From an uncultured archaeon (lineage in GTDB: Archaea; Asgardarchaeota; Lokiarchaeia; Sigyniarchaeales; SOKP01), in assembly GCA_964525635.1 (NCBI GenBank), contig CAZGJX010000004.1, forward strand, positions 16,144 to 80,143: a DNA stretch of 64,000 nucleotides. Direction: 5' to 3'. This document shows positions 48,638-57,622 of the stretch, one piece after another. The notes below the pieces were generated by a model. It had not been told where the DNA came from and ran no database searches. It saw nothing but the letters and a program-made list of their open reading frames with translations. A program made the translations under genes and the position numbers. The stretch's first letter is position 1. Each line of letters opens with the position of its first letter.

Positions 48638-48796
48638 TTAGCCTTTCTCCTCAAGAGCGGCCTTAACTTTCTCAAGCTCTTCTTGTCGTTTCTTCTTTTC
48701 TTCTTCCCTTCTTTTTAATTCTGCATCATCTACTTTATCTAAAGGGACGCCTTTTTTAATTTGGTCTTTTAGTTCATCATCAAGTTGTGGAGCCAC
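48638..48796 (-). CDS. Small (52 aa) charged protein, below the ORF-track cutoff
   Basis: GTG start. My translation is MAPQLDDELKDQIKKGVPLDKVDDAELKRREEEKKKRQEELEKVKAALEEKG*. It is noticeably more GC-rich than the surrounding 700-bp otherwise empty spacer. Confidence 0.4.
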   Translation of the reverse strand: MAPQLDDELKDQIKKGVPLDKVDDAELKRREEEKKKRQEELEKVKAALEEKG

Positions 48797-49203
48797 TTTT
48801 ATTAAACACCTTTATTTAATATTTTAAGATTATATTTATCGAAAAATTATAATTACCAATATAATAATAGTACCATTATTAAAGGTTTTCGAAAAGAGAA
48901 TCAATAGGATACATTTAAAAAGAGCCTAAATTGAACCCTTTCTTCATACCTCAAGGGATAATTTATAAAGTTTTATAACCTAGATTTTTAATTTTATTAA
49001 AATAGTAAATTAACTAATCTTTTTTAAGTATGATTAGTTATATATTGATTGTAGTTTAGTACCTAATTCATGAAATCTTAGACTTTTACCATCAATCTGA
49101 TAATAATAACTCTTTTCATATAACTTATTAAAATTGATATAGAAAATTATTCCTTAGATACAATTATTTATTCATATATAAAAATATAATTTTAATTTAT
49201 ACA

Positions 49204-50346
49204 TTATTTTAATTCATATTTAAATATCCTAGCAGGGATTTTTTCAGTTATTTGTTTATATTCTTTTCTTTGAAAAGGTAAAGTTTCTAAAATATAAGGT
49301 TGTAAGATGAGTTTTTCAATCAAATCTAATATAGAATCTTCAATTAAAATATAATATGGTAATTCAATAGATGTTTTATTAAACTGGATGAGTTTTTTGG
49401 ACAATCTGGATTTATGAATTAAGATTTCATATATTTTTTTTAAATTTTCATCATTACCCTCAATTAAACCATATAATAAAAGGCCTTCTTCTGTAATTGT
49501 TTCATAAGGTTTTCTTATATTTTTAGCCCTTTGTAAATAACGATTTTTTAATTGATAGTAGTCTTTTGCTCTAATTGAACAGAAATGAATGTTAAGAGAG
49601 TTTATTTTTGGACCCATTTCTTTCATGATTTCAAGAGCATTTTCCTTGCTATTCTTTACAGATGCAATTGTATTTTCTTTCAATTCATATCCTCTTTCTT
49701 GCAAAGATTGGCTATTTGGAAAACAATATTCAAATTCATTTAAATTAATAAAATCTGCTCCAATACTATCCAAATAAAGAATAAATTGTTTTAGATCATT
49801 TACGTATGCATCATTAGGAATTATTGGAACTTCTGCACCAACAGAAATCCCCTTATTCATTGCATATTTAATATTTTTCCATTTATCTTTGGGAGGATGA
49901 AATCTGATTTCATCTAGACCTGCATTTATGAGTTCATTTGCTATTAAATCTGAAAAATTTAATCCATTAGTATATAAATGAATATGGAATTTATTCCCCA
50001 TAATTTTTTTAAGGAATTTAATATAATCAAGAGTTTTGTTGAAGTTTTCTTTTGTTAATGGTTCTCCTCCAGTAAGACTAATGCCTTTAGCGTTTATTTT
50101 TGTTAATTCATCAATAATATCTTCTTTTGAAAAAATTCGTATTTCATCTATATATGAAATATCTTTATCACGCCTTTTTTCAGAGATTGGACAATACCAA
50201 GAACAATGATTTGGTTTTTGACATATTCCATTTAAAAATAACACTGCTTTTACTCCTTTTAGACAGTATTTACATCCCTTGGGGATTCCTTTTTTTTTTA
50301 AAAAAAAGTTACCTTCAGCTGATTTAATAATATTACTTTTTCTCAT
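49204..50346 (-). CDS. Radical SAM-related protein (pyruvate formate-lyase activase-like, COG2108-type)
   Basis: 380 aa with Cys-rich N-terminus CKYC...CQKPNHCSWYC and the motif ISLTGGEPL. Confidence 0.6.
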   Translation of the reverse strand: MRKSNIIKSAEGNFFLKKKGIPKGCKYCLKGVKAVLFLNGICQKPNHCSWYCPISEKRRDKDISYIDEIRIFSKEDIIDELTKINAKGISLTGGEPLTKENFNKTLDYIKFLKKIMGNKFHIHLYTNGLNFSDLIANELINAGLDEIRFHPPKDKWKNIKYAMNKGISVGAEVPIIPNDAYVNDLKQFILYLDSIGADFINLNEFEYCFPNSQSLQERGYELKENTIASVKNSKENALEIMKEMGPKINSLNIHFCSIRAKDYYQLKNRYLQRAKNIRKPYETITEEGLLLYGLIEGNDENLKKIYEILIHKSRLSKKLIQFNKTSIELPYYILIEDSILDLIEKLILQPYILETLPFQRKEYKQITEKIPARIFKYELK

Positions 50347-51050
50347 CGTGATTTGTATTTTTTTCTTATAATTGAATTCTTTCTGGCGATCTTCTCTAAT
50401 ATATCCTCAGGAGATTCATATAGAGATAATTCTCTTTTGAAGAAAACGCCTGTTTTACCATGTTTTTGTCTTCTTAAAAGAACTCTTTTCCGTTCATTAA
50501 CAGTATGAATACTTATTCCAACTTTTTTAGCAGCTATACTCTCTTGATCAATAATAGACTGTTCTTTATGACCATTTTTTGTTGGAAGAATTAATTTTAA
50601 ATTCTTGTCTATTCCTGGGACTCTAATCTTATCTTTTAATTGCCTATACCCAATTTTCCCTCCAAACTTATAAAATTCTAAAGATATTTGGTCTAATTTA
50701 GTCATTGGGATTGTAATACATTCTAATTCACTTAAATGGATATATAATTTAATAGAATCATAAGGTGTAGCCATTATAAGTTCTTTCGTATAATTATTTA
50801 TTTTATTTTTACTTAAAATAAATTCAATTTCAAAGAATGGAATATAATAAGGAAGAATAATATCAATATCACTATTTTCATTAACATCACCACGAGCAAT
50901 GCTACCATAAACATATGATTTTAAATTTTGTCTTTCAAATAATTCCAATAAATTAATTGCGTGGGCTCTTTTCTTTTTAAAAATTTTCCATTGATTTTCT
51001 GTATATACTATTTTCCTATAAAAATCTCTTTGGACTTTTTCTTTAGACAT
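50343..51050 (-). CDS. Pol-beta superfamily nucleotidyltransferase domain protein
   Basis: The motif YGSIARGDVNENSDIDIIL (GS...D.D). It overlaps the downstream radical SAM gene by 4 nt. Confidence 0.65.
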   Translation of the reverse strand: MSKEKVQRDFYRKIVYTENQWKIFKKKRAHAINLLELFERQNLKSYVYGSIARGDVNENSDIDIILPYYIPFFEIEFILSKNKINNYTKELIMATPYDSIKLYIHLSELECITIPMTKLDQISLEFYKFGGKIGYRQLKDKIRVPGIDKNLKLILPTKNGHKEQSIIDQESIAAKKVGISIHTVNERKRVLLRRQKHGKTGVFFKRELSLYESPEDILEKIARKNSIIRKKYKSR

Positions 51051-51073
51051 TCCAATTATACTTTAATTTAAAA

Positions 51074-51874
51074 TTAATCTTTATAATTATCAAGGAACTG
51101 AATTATGTTTCCCAACAAAATTGTTTCATAATATTTGAAAGAAATTCTGGCTTTTTGAATATGAATATTTCTAATATAATTTATCTTTTCTTTATATAAT
51201 CTATTAAATTTCTTTAAATTGAAATTTGGAAAGATTAAATATGAATAATTACTAAAAATAAACCATAATTTATTCTTTATATTATTATTGCTTATAATTT
51301 TGTCAATATTGATTATATTTGTATTATTAAGTCTCGGATTGATTAATATCATTCCAACATTATTATTTTCTACTAAAAATGGTCCATAAGGAAAATTTGA
51401 TTTAGAATAGTTTAATACATAAAATTTTTCGGATGTAGTTATTTTATTTTGAAATAAATATCTCAATATCCCCAATAAATGCTTTTCCAATTCTTTATTA
51501 TAATTATTAATAGTAGAACCCAATTTCTTTTTTAATCTAATATTAACAATATTGTATCCATAAGAGGCTAATCCTTCAATTAATATATTAGGGAGAATTT
51601 TACGATAATTTGTTCTTAAAAATAGAATAATTGGTCTATTATGTTGATTATCAGAATTTGTATTTGATATTAGTTTAATTTTATTAATAAATATGCTTGG
51701 TTTATTGTCTATTATGTCATTTAATTTTAAGATTCTAATTTTTAAGTTTTGATTTGAAAATTTTTTACGCCACCTTGAAATCTCTTTATAAACTTCTATA
51801 CAAATTAAGAATAGAATTAAAAGCACTACAACAATCTCAGCAATAAAAATCCAATTAATTCGAAAAAGACTCAT
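51074..51874 (-). CDS. Hypothetical membrane-anchored protein
   Basis: 266 aa with an N-terminal TM helix (WIFIAEIVVVLLILFLICI). Confidence 0.45.
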   Translation of the reverse strand: MSLFRINWIFIAEIVVVLLILFLICIEVYKEISRWRKKFSNQNLKIRILKLNDIIDNKPSIFINKIKLISNTNSDNQHNRPIILFLRTNYRKILPNILIEGLASYGYNIVNIRLKKKLGSTINNYNKELEKHLLGILRYLFQNKITTSEKFYVLNYSKSNFPYGPFLVENNNVGMILINPRLNNTNIINIDKIISNNNIKNKLWFIFSNYSYLIFPNFNLKKFNRLYKEKINYIRNIHIQKARISFKYYETILLGNIIQFLDNYKD

Positions 51875-51899
51875 TTTACTATTATTTTTGTTTTTAATA

Positions 51900-52214
51900 T
51901 TAATTAACTACGTCGTATATCCATTTTAAATATTTTTGGGAACCATTCTCTATTTTTATTCCAACACATTCAGGTGTATCATAACTATGAATTTTTTCAA
52001 TTGTTTGAATAAGAATACTTGATTTTTCCTCTGTCGTCTTTATTATTAAAAGATATTCATTATTTTCTTCTATTTTACCTTGCCATCTGTATATTGAATA
52101 TATATTGTCAATAATATTAACACATGCAGCAATTTTGTTTTTTACTAAGTAAGTAGCTATCTTCTTTGCTTCTTCTTCTGATGAAGTTGTAGTAAAATAG
52201 ATATAATTTATCAT
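51900..52214 (-). CDS. cutA: CutA1 divalent-cation tolerance protein
   Basis: 104 aa with motifs IAACVNI and YRWQGKIEE. Confidence 0.85.
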   Translation of the reverse strand: MINYIYFTTTSSEEEAKKIATYLVKNKIAACVNIIDNIYSIYRWQGKIEENNEYLLIIKTTEEKSSILIQTIEKIHSYDTPECVGIKIENGSQKYLKWIYDVVN

Positions 52215-52534
52215 ATAATCACTTTTTTTATAACACTAAATTTAATATTTTCAGAAATTTCAAATTTTCTATAAAATAATTTTATTTTTTATTTTATTTC
52301 TTTTAATATATTAAGAAATCAATAGTTATGTTGGTAAAGCATCCCGATTAAGAGAAATAGTTATTCTTACTTATTTTTATAAATATTTATAAAGGTTAAT
52401 TCTATTGATTTATAGATTAGGTTAATTTTAAATGTTCAATTATATTATGATTTTTATTCATTATACAAAAAGAAATTTAAATAATTATAATTTTATTAGA
52501 TATCTATAAAAAAAAGTTTATTATCTACATCAAG

Positions 52535-53269
52535 GTGTTTATCATAATACATAATGTTTATATTATTGACCAAAAAACAGGAATATGTTTACTTCATCGT
52601 AAATATGGTTCAATTGAATTCAATCAAGATTTAGTAAGTGGATTTTTAACCGCATTAAAGGATTTTAGTATTGAATTTTCAAAAGGTTCAGGAGAATTAA
52701 AAGTTATTGATATGCAAGTTTTTTATTTAATGTTGGTTTTCAAAGAAGGTGTTCTAGTAACTGCAGCTGCAGATAAAAATGATGATGCTAAAATAACTCA
52801 TAAAGTTTTAAATGACATTATTGATAGATTTTCAGAAAGATTTGGAAATCTTCTTGATACATGGTCAGGAGATATTAGATTATTTAGGAATTTTGATGGA
52901 ATTATTGATGAATTATTGAAAGTGGGAAGAATTGCTGAAATTCCAATAAGAATTCCCATATTAAAAATTTATAAAAAAGATTTTAAAAAATCTCAATCTC
53001 GTCTTGAAAAAAAGGGTTTAGTGTTATCTGAAGATGATTTAAGAACTGTATCTGATCAGAAACCAAGTTGGACTTCAAAAAGACTTCCAAAACAGGTAAT
53101 AAATCAAGGCTTTTTAAATAAAAAACAGTATGAAATTGTACATTTAGCTGATGGTTTTCACACAGTGGCAGATATAGCTGAAGAAGTAGGTATACCAGAA
53201 TCAAAAATACAAACAATTATTGATAGCCTTGATAGTTTAGGATTACTTGAGTTTATACAGATTAAATAA
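52535..53269 (+). CDS. Longin/Roadblock-like domain protein with a C-terminal winged-helix
   Basis: 244 aa, GTG start. The N-terminus is VYIIDQKTGICLLHRKYG...LVSGFLTALKDFS (a profilin-like/longin-type pattern). The C-terminal HTH-like segment is YEIVHLADGFHTVADIAEEVGIPESKIQTIIDSLDSLGLLE. Confidence 0.5.
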   Translation: MFIIIHNVYIIDQKTGICLLHRKYGSIEFNQDLVSGFLTALKDFSIEFSKGSGELKVIDMQVFYLMLVFKEGVLVTAAADKNDDAKITHKVLNDIIDRFSERFGNLLDTWSGDIRLFRNFDGIIDELLKVGRIAEIPIRIPILKIYKKDFKKSQSRLEKKGLVLSEDDLRTVSDQKPSWTSKRLPKQVINQGFLNKKQYEIVHLADGFHTVADIAEEVGIPESKIQTIIDSLDSLGLLEFIQIK

Positions 53270-53322
53270 TAGAACTGAAAAAACGATTATATTAATATTC
53301 ATAACTTAGAGATTATCAGAAC

Positions 53323-53772
53323 CTATATATCAAAAATTACTTGAATTTCAACATTATTATTTCTAATTTCAATATTCATATATGAATATGTTATTGCTTT
53401 AACTTCAGTACCAATCTCATGTTTTTCTTTATTAAATATTTCTCCTTTAAGATTAGCTTCTAATTCGAATTGGTCCTCAACTTTTTTAATAAATTTGAGT
53501 TTAATTTGACTAAATAATAATCTCTCTACATCAAAAATATATAATAATTCTGATAGAAAATCAAATAAAAGTGCTTCTCTATCCTCAGATACAATCTTTA
53601 TTGATTTTGATTTCACTTTAAAGATTTTATTTAAATTCGGAGTAATAGTCTCCATTAATGCATATGCTGCTTGAGCAAATGCTTCTTCTAAATCTTTACC
53701 CCAGCATCTTACTTTTACATCTGCTGTATGTTCTTCAAACTTAAATCCTGCTTGTTTCATCCCTAATTCCAA
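53323..53772 (-). CDS. Archease (RtcB ligase/methyltransferase cofactor)
   Basis: N-terminal FEEHTADVKV motif. The size is ~145 aa. The likely start is MKQAGF at 53760. Confidence 0.85.
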   Translation of the reverse strand: MELGMKQAGFKFEEHTADVKVRCWGKDLEEAFAQAAYALMETITPNLNKIFKVKSKSIKIVSEDREALLFDFLSELLYIFDVERLLFSQIKLKFIKKVEDQFELEANLKGEIFNKEKHEIGTEVKAITYSYMNIEIRNNNVEIQVIFDI

Positions 53773-53897
53773 AAAAAAAATATTTACAAAATAAAATTAT
53801 ATTTTTCAAATTAATTTTCCTATGAGTTTAAAAATTTATGATTAAATTTGTTATTAATGTATCTTGAAAATGTTGATAATTTTTTTTTTTTCAAAAT

Positions 53898-54380
53898 ATA
53901 ACAGTAAGGAAGAAATTTTCAAATCAAGAGATTAGACTACATCAATATTTTTATAATAAGACAGGAACATTTCCTCAAAATATAATTATCAGTAATGATT
54001 TTATTTTTTTTTTTGTTGACAATGAAGATTTTTTTTCTGTTAATGTATATCTATCATTAATGAGAAAAGATTTAAAAAAAAAAAAGGTTCTGATAATAAG
54101 AAACGAGAAAAAACTGATTAAACTATTATTTAGTTTTTTTCCAGACATTTATATTCATGATATTCAGATATATTACAATACTTCCCCCAAGGAACTGAAG
54201 GCAATAATTCTTTTTTTAACATTTGAAGAAAGAGGTATTGCTATTGGAAAGAATGGAAATTATATTAAAGCTGTCAATAAAATTTTTCAAAATAATATTA
54301 TTCTTCAAAATAATAAAATTTCAATCAAAATAAAATGTGATCTTCTATATTTATATGAAGATAGAAAAATCCTTTTATAA
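53898..54380 (+). CDS. nusA: Archaeal NusA-like two-KH-domain protein; 5' end unresolved (T12 homopolymer)
   Basis: KH GxxG motif ERGIAIGKNGNYIKAV. The frame is open 60 codons upstream of the track's ATG (54060). It encodes ..EIRLHQYFYNKTGTFPQNIIISNDFIFFFV, which resembles the archaeal NusA N-terminal KH1. There is no in-frame ATG/GTG/TTG. ATGs at 53857 and 53870 come into frame with a +1 or -1 change in the T12 run (53880-53891). Confidence 0.6.
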   Translation: MTVRKKFSNQEIRLHQYFYNKTGTFPQNIIISNDFIFFFVDNEDFFSVNVYLSLMRKDLKKKKVLIIRNEKKLIKLLFSFFPDIYIHDIQIYYNTSPKELKAIILFLTFEERGIAIGKNGNYIKAVNKIFQNNIILQNNKISIKIKCDLLYLYEDRKILL

Positions 54381-54481
54381 TATTTTATTATAAAAATTAA
54401 TTGTTTTAAAATTCCATTAGAATATAATTAGGTTTACTAAGTAATATCCTATAATATTCTCTTATTTGAGGAAAGATTATA

Positions 54482-55255
54482 TTGGCAAAACCAAATATAT
54501 TAAATGAATCTGAAATGAGACATAGAAAAATAGCTGAGATATTAGCAATATCATTTGGAATTTTATTTTTAATTCATTTCCTTATTATTTCAATATTCTT
54601 TTCTTGGGCAGATTGGTCAGCAACTTTAATATTTTCCCTTCTTTTTATCATACCTGCTTATATTTCTAATGCAGGAATGGTTATTGTAGGAGGAGGAAAA
54701 CCTATTGATGGTGGCAAGAATTTTATCGATGGCAGACGTTTATTTGGTGATCATAAGACTTGGAAAGGATTTATATTTGGTCCTTTATATATAGGTATTC
54801 CAATTTCAATAGCAATTTTTATTGTATTTATCCTTTTTTGGCCAAATATCTATGATATAATACAGTCCGCTTCAAATATAGGAATGTATAAATTATATGA
54901 TAATCCTAATATGTATGAATATTATTTTGTTGGGATTGGATATCCCATAGGATTTATATCTATAGTGATAAGGATTTTTTTATGTAGTTATGGGGCTTGT
55001 TTCGGAGATCTTATCGGTTCTTTTCTTAAAAGAAGGTTTGATATAGAGAGTGGTAAACCTTTTTGGATAGTAGATCAATTGGATTTTGCGGTTTTTAGTA
55101 TACTATTTGCATCATTACCTGCATTATTTTTTCCAAATCAATTCTTAATTCTAGATATCAATATATTTATTTCACTCTTAATTTTAACACCAGCAGTGAG
55201 CATTATAGCAAATACTATAGCTTATTTAATAGGTGTTAAAGATGTACCTTGGTAA
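54482..55255 (+). CDS. carS: CDP-archaeol synthase
   Basis: 257 aa polytopic membrane protein with FGDHKTWKGF and GDLIGSFLKRR, the DUF46/CarS family motifs. Confidence 0.8.
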   Translation: MAKPNILNESEMRHRKIAEILAISFGILFLIHFLIISIFFSWADWSATLIFSLLFIIPAYISNAGMVIVGGGKPIDGGKNFIDGRRLFGDHKTWKGFIFGPLYIGIPISIAIFIVFILFWPNIYDIIQSASNIGMYKLYDNPNMYEYYFVGIGYPIGFISIVIRIFLCSYGACFGDLIGSFLKRRFDIESGKPFWIVDQLDFAVFSILFASLPALFFPNQFLILDINIFISLLILTPAVSIIANTIAYLIGVKDVPW

Positions 55256-55564
55256 GATCTTTAGTTATTTTTCCTGTTTTGTTTGAGAAAAAGACTAAAA
55301 AGAAGAATGTATTGATAATTTAAAAGATATTAATGATTGATTAATAATTATTTCTGTACTAATAGTAATTTTTTATAAGCCCGACATAAATATTATTAAT
55401 TACTGCTAAAATGTAATTTTAATATAAATATATTAAATCTTTAACATCTATTTTAAGAATTGGCTATTAATAAGAAACTTTAAATACTTTTAATTGAAGT
55501 TATTATTATCATTTGATCTCTATCGGAAATAGTTTTGTTTCAGGTGGAAAAGTGGTGTAAATAA
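55256..55564. promoter_or_regulatory. Candidate replication origin region upstream of orc1/cdc6
   Basis: A very AT-rich ~300-bp spacer bounded by a direct repeat: GTTTTGTTTGAG...AAAAAG (55276-55293) and GTTTTGTTTCAGGTGGAAAAG (55532-55552). The second copy resembles ORB cores (TTCCAGTGGAAA-like). The cdc6 plus PolD context matches euryarchaeal-type oriC loci. Confidence 0.4.
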
Positions 55565-56872
55565 GTGTTGACAAATAATAATCATTTTAAAAATTTTAAC
55601 ATTGACCAGTTTTATAAAAATTATCTTAAGGGGCCAAAAATATTTAAAAATCGAAATGCATTAGAACCCTCATATATTCCAGATGAATTACCTCACAGAG
55701 ATAAAGAAATTGAAGAAATTGCAGGAAAGACTGCTTGTGCATTAAGAGGAGATACTCCTCCAAATATCCTTTGTTATGGTATGACAGGTACAGGTAAAAC
55801 AGCTACAATTCGTTATGTTAGTCAAAAAATTGCTCAATATACTAAAACAAATAAACCTTGGTGGATCTATATCAATTGTAGCATTATTTCAACACCATAC
55901 AGAATCTTGGCTCATATATATAATACAATTATAGGAAGCGAAAAAATTCCACCTACCGGACTTCCTAAAGACGTAATTTTTAAAAAACTCTTAGGTTTGC
56001 TAGATTATAAAGTTAAAGATTCAATATGTTTTCTTGTTTTAGATGAAATAGATATGATTGCAAATGAACGGGGAGGAAATGAAATTCTATATGATCTCAC
56101 AAGGTTAGACGAAAATTTAGATTCATGTAGAACTAGTTTAATAGGTATTTCTAATAAACTAAAATTTAAGGATTCCTTAGATCCTCGAGTAATTTCAAGT
56201 TTAGGAAAGGATCATATTACATTTCCAGTTTATAATGCAAAAGAATTAGGAGACATATTAAATATAAGAGCTAAAGTAACCTTTAATAATGATGTTTTAA
56301 AAGAAGGTGTTATATCTCTTTGTGCAGCATTAGCTGCAAAAGAACATGGAGATGCAAGAAAAGCTTTACAATTACTAAGAAAAGCAGGTGAAATAGCAGA
56401 GAGAACTCAGAATAGAATGGTATCTATTGAACATGTAAATAAAGCACAATTTGAATTAGAGAGAGATTTTACCATCGATTATATTAAGGGAATGCCTTTG
56501 CAAGCTCAATTAGTTCTTACTGTTATTTATTTAATCTCCAAATTTAATGAGAATAGAATTATAATTTCTGGGGATGTTTATGAAGTTTATAATGAGCTAA
56601 CAAACAAAGTTTTAGGTGTAAGAAATCTTACCAGAAGAAGAATAAGTGATTATATCAATGATTTATCTCTAGCAGGTATTATTACAGCTGAAAAGAGATC
56701 TATGGGAAAATATGGAGCGACCAAAATAATAAAATTATGTGATGATATAATTTTTCTAAGAGATATTCTAAAAAGCATTAACAAAATAAAGGATTTATTG
56801 GATTATAGGCCAATTTTAATACAGAAAAATAAAATAAGAATAAATAACAATACTTTTAGAAAATTGAATTAA
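55565..56872 (+). CDS. cdc6: Orc1/Cdc6 replication initiator
   Basis: 435 aa. The N-terminus is ALEPSYIPDELPHRDKEIEEI, Walker A is YGMTGTGKT, Walker B is FLVLDEID, and the C-terminus is a winged helix. Confidence 0.9.
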   Translation: MLTNNNHFKNFNIDQFYKNYLKGPKIFKNRNALEPSYIPDELPHRDKEIEEIAGKTACALRGDTPPNILCYGMTGTGKTATIRYVSQKIAQYTKTNKPWWIYINCSIISTPYRILAHIYNTIIGSEKIPPTGLPKDVIFKKLLGLLDYKVKDSICFLVLDEIDMIANERGGNEILYDLTRLDENLDSCRTSLIGISNKLKFKDSLDPRVISSLGKDHITFPVYNAKELGDILNIRAKVTFNNDVLKEGVISLCAALAAKEHGDARKALQLLRKAGEIAERTQNRMVSIEHVNKAQFELERDFTIDYIKGMPLQAQLVLTVIYLISKFNENRIIISGDVYEVYNELTNKVLGVRNLTRRRISDYINDLSLAGIITAEKRSMGKYGATKIIKLCDDIIFLRDILKSINKIKDLLDYRPILIQKNKIRINNNTFRKLN

Positions 56873-57555
56873 TTTATAAAATTCCAATTATTTACAGAAT
56901 CTGCTATATCATTGAGTATACTTACAATGAATTCTTTATTATTTTCTTTCAAATCTAAAAATAATTTTGCTATATGTTTACAAAATTTCTTTTTTGGAGC
57001 TCTTCTTTCAAGATAATCATGACAATTATGCTTTATTGTTTTATTTTTTAGAGAAATTTCAATCAAATAAGATTCATTCTTTGAACCTAAAATTTCAGCT
57101 TTAAGGATACCCTTATTAGGATTAAGTTCTAATATTTTTATAGAATCACTTGATATAGAAACAGCACGATTAATTGTTCCTTTATCTAAAAATATCTTTA
57201 GTAGTATGTTGAGTTTAGATTTTTGATTATCTTCAAATTTTTTTAATGTCTTCACTCCATCTCTAAAAATACTTTCTTTTTTTTTTATATTCTCCTTACT
57301 CTTTTTTTGCCATGATTTAAATTTTCTTTCCAAATCATCAGATAAGGATATTGTATTATCCAAATTAATCTTTAAAAAATTATTATCAAGACACTTCCTA
57401 ATGAAGATTTTTGTTTTTTCAGGAGGAAGTAAAGAGAGCTTAAAAGGGATATAATGTGATAAATCCTCTTTAGTAATATAAGGTAAACCAATTATCTTCC
57501 AAATATATAATAATAATTCTTGTGGGCTTTCTTTGGGGATTTTAAAATCAATCAA
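56869..57555 (-). CDS. Hypothetical protein with a C-terminal SWIM-like Cys/His motif
   Basis: 228 aa with HNCHDY...FCKHIAKL near the C-terminus. It lies between cdc6 and the PolD small subunit. Confidence 0.45.
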   Translation of the reverse strand: MIDFKIPKESPQELLLYIWKIIGLPYITKEDLSHYIPFKLSLLPPEKTKIFIRKCLDNNFLKINLDNTISLSDDLERKFKSWQKKSKENIKKKESIFRDGVKTLKKFEDNQKSKLNILLKIFLDKGTINRAVSISSDSIKILELNPNKGILKAEILGSKNESYLIEISLKNKTIKHNCHDYLERRAPKKKFCKHIAKLFLDLKENNKEFIVSILNDIADSVNNWNFIN

Positions 57556-57622
57556 CTTCAGATCTTTTATAATTAAATGTGATTTTTATATATATTGGAG
57601 AAATTTATATTATTTCTGATTT

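Noticed and set aside
53863-53899. A BHB intron explanation for the missing start of the NusA-like gene, based on the stem UUGAAAA/UUUUCAA.
   Set aside because: The implied excision (37 nt) joins ATG 53857 to the wrong frame and runs into a stop. The central helix has a mismatch and the bulge placement is arbitrary. A 1-nt change in the T12 run is the simpler explanation.
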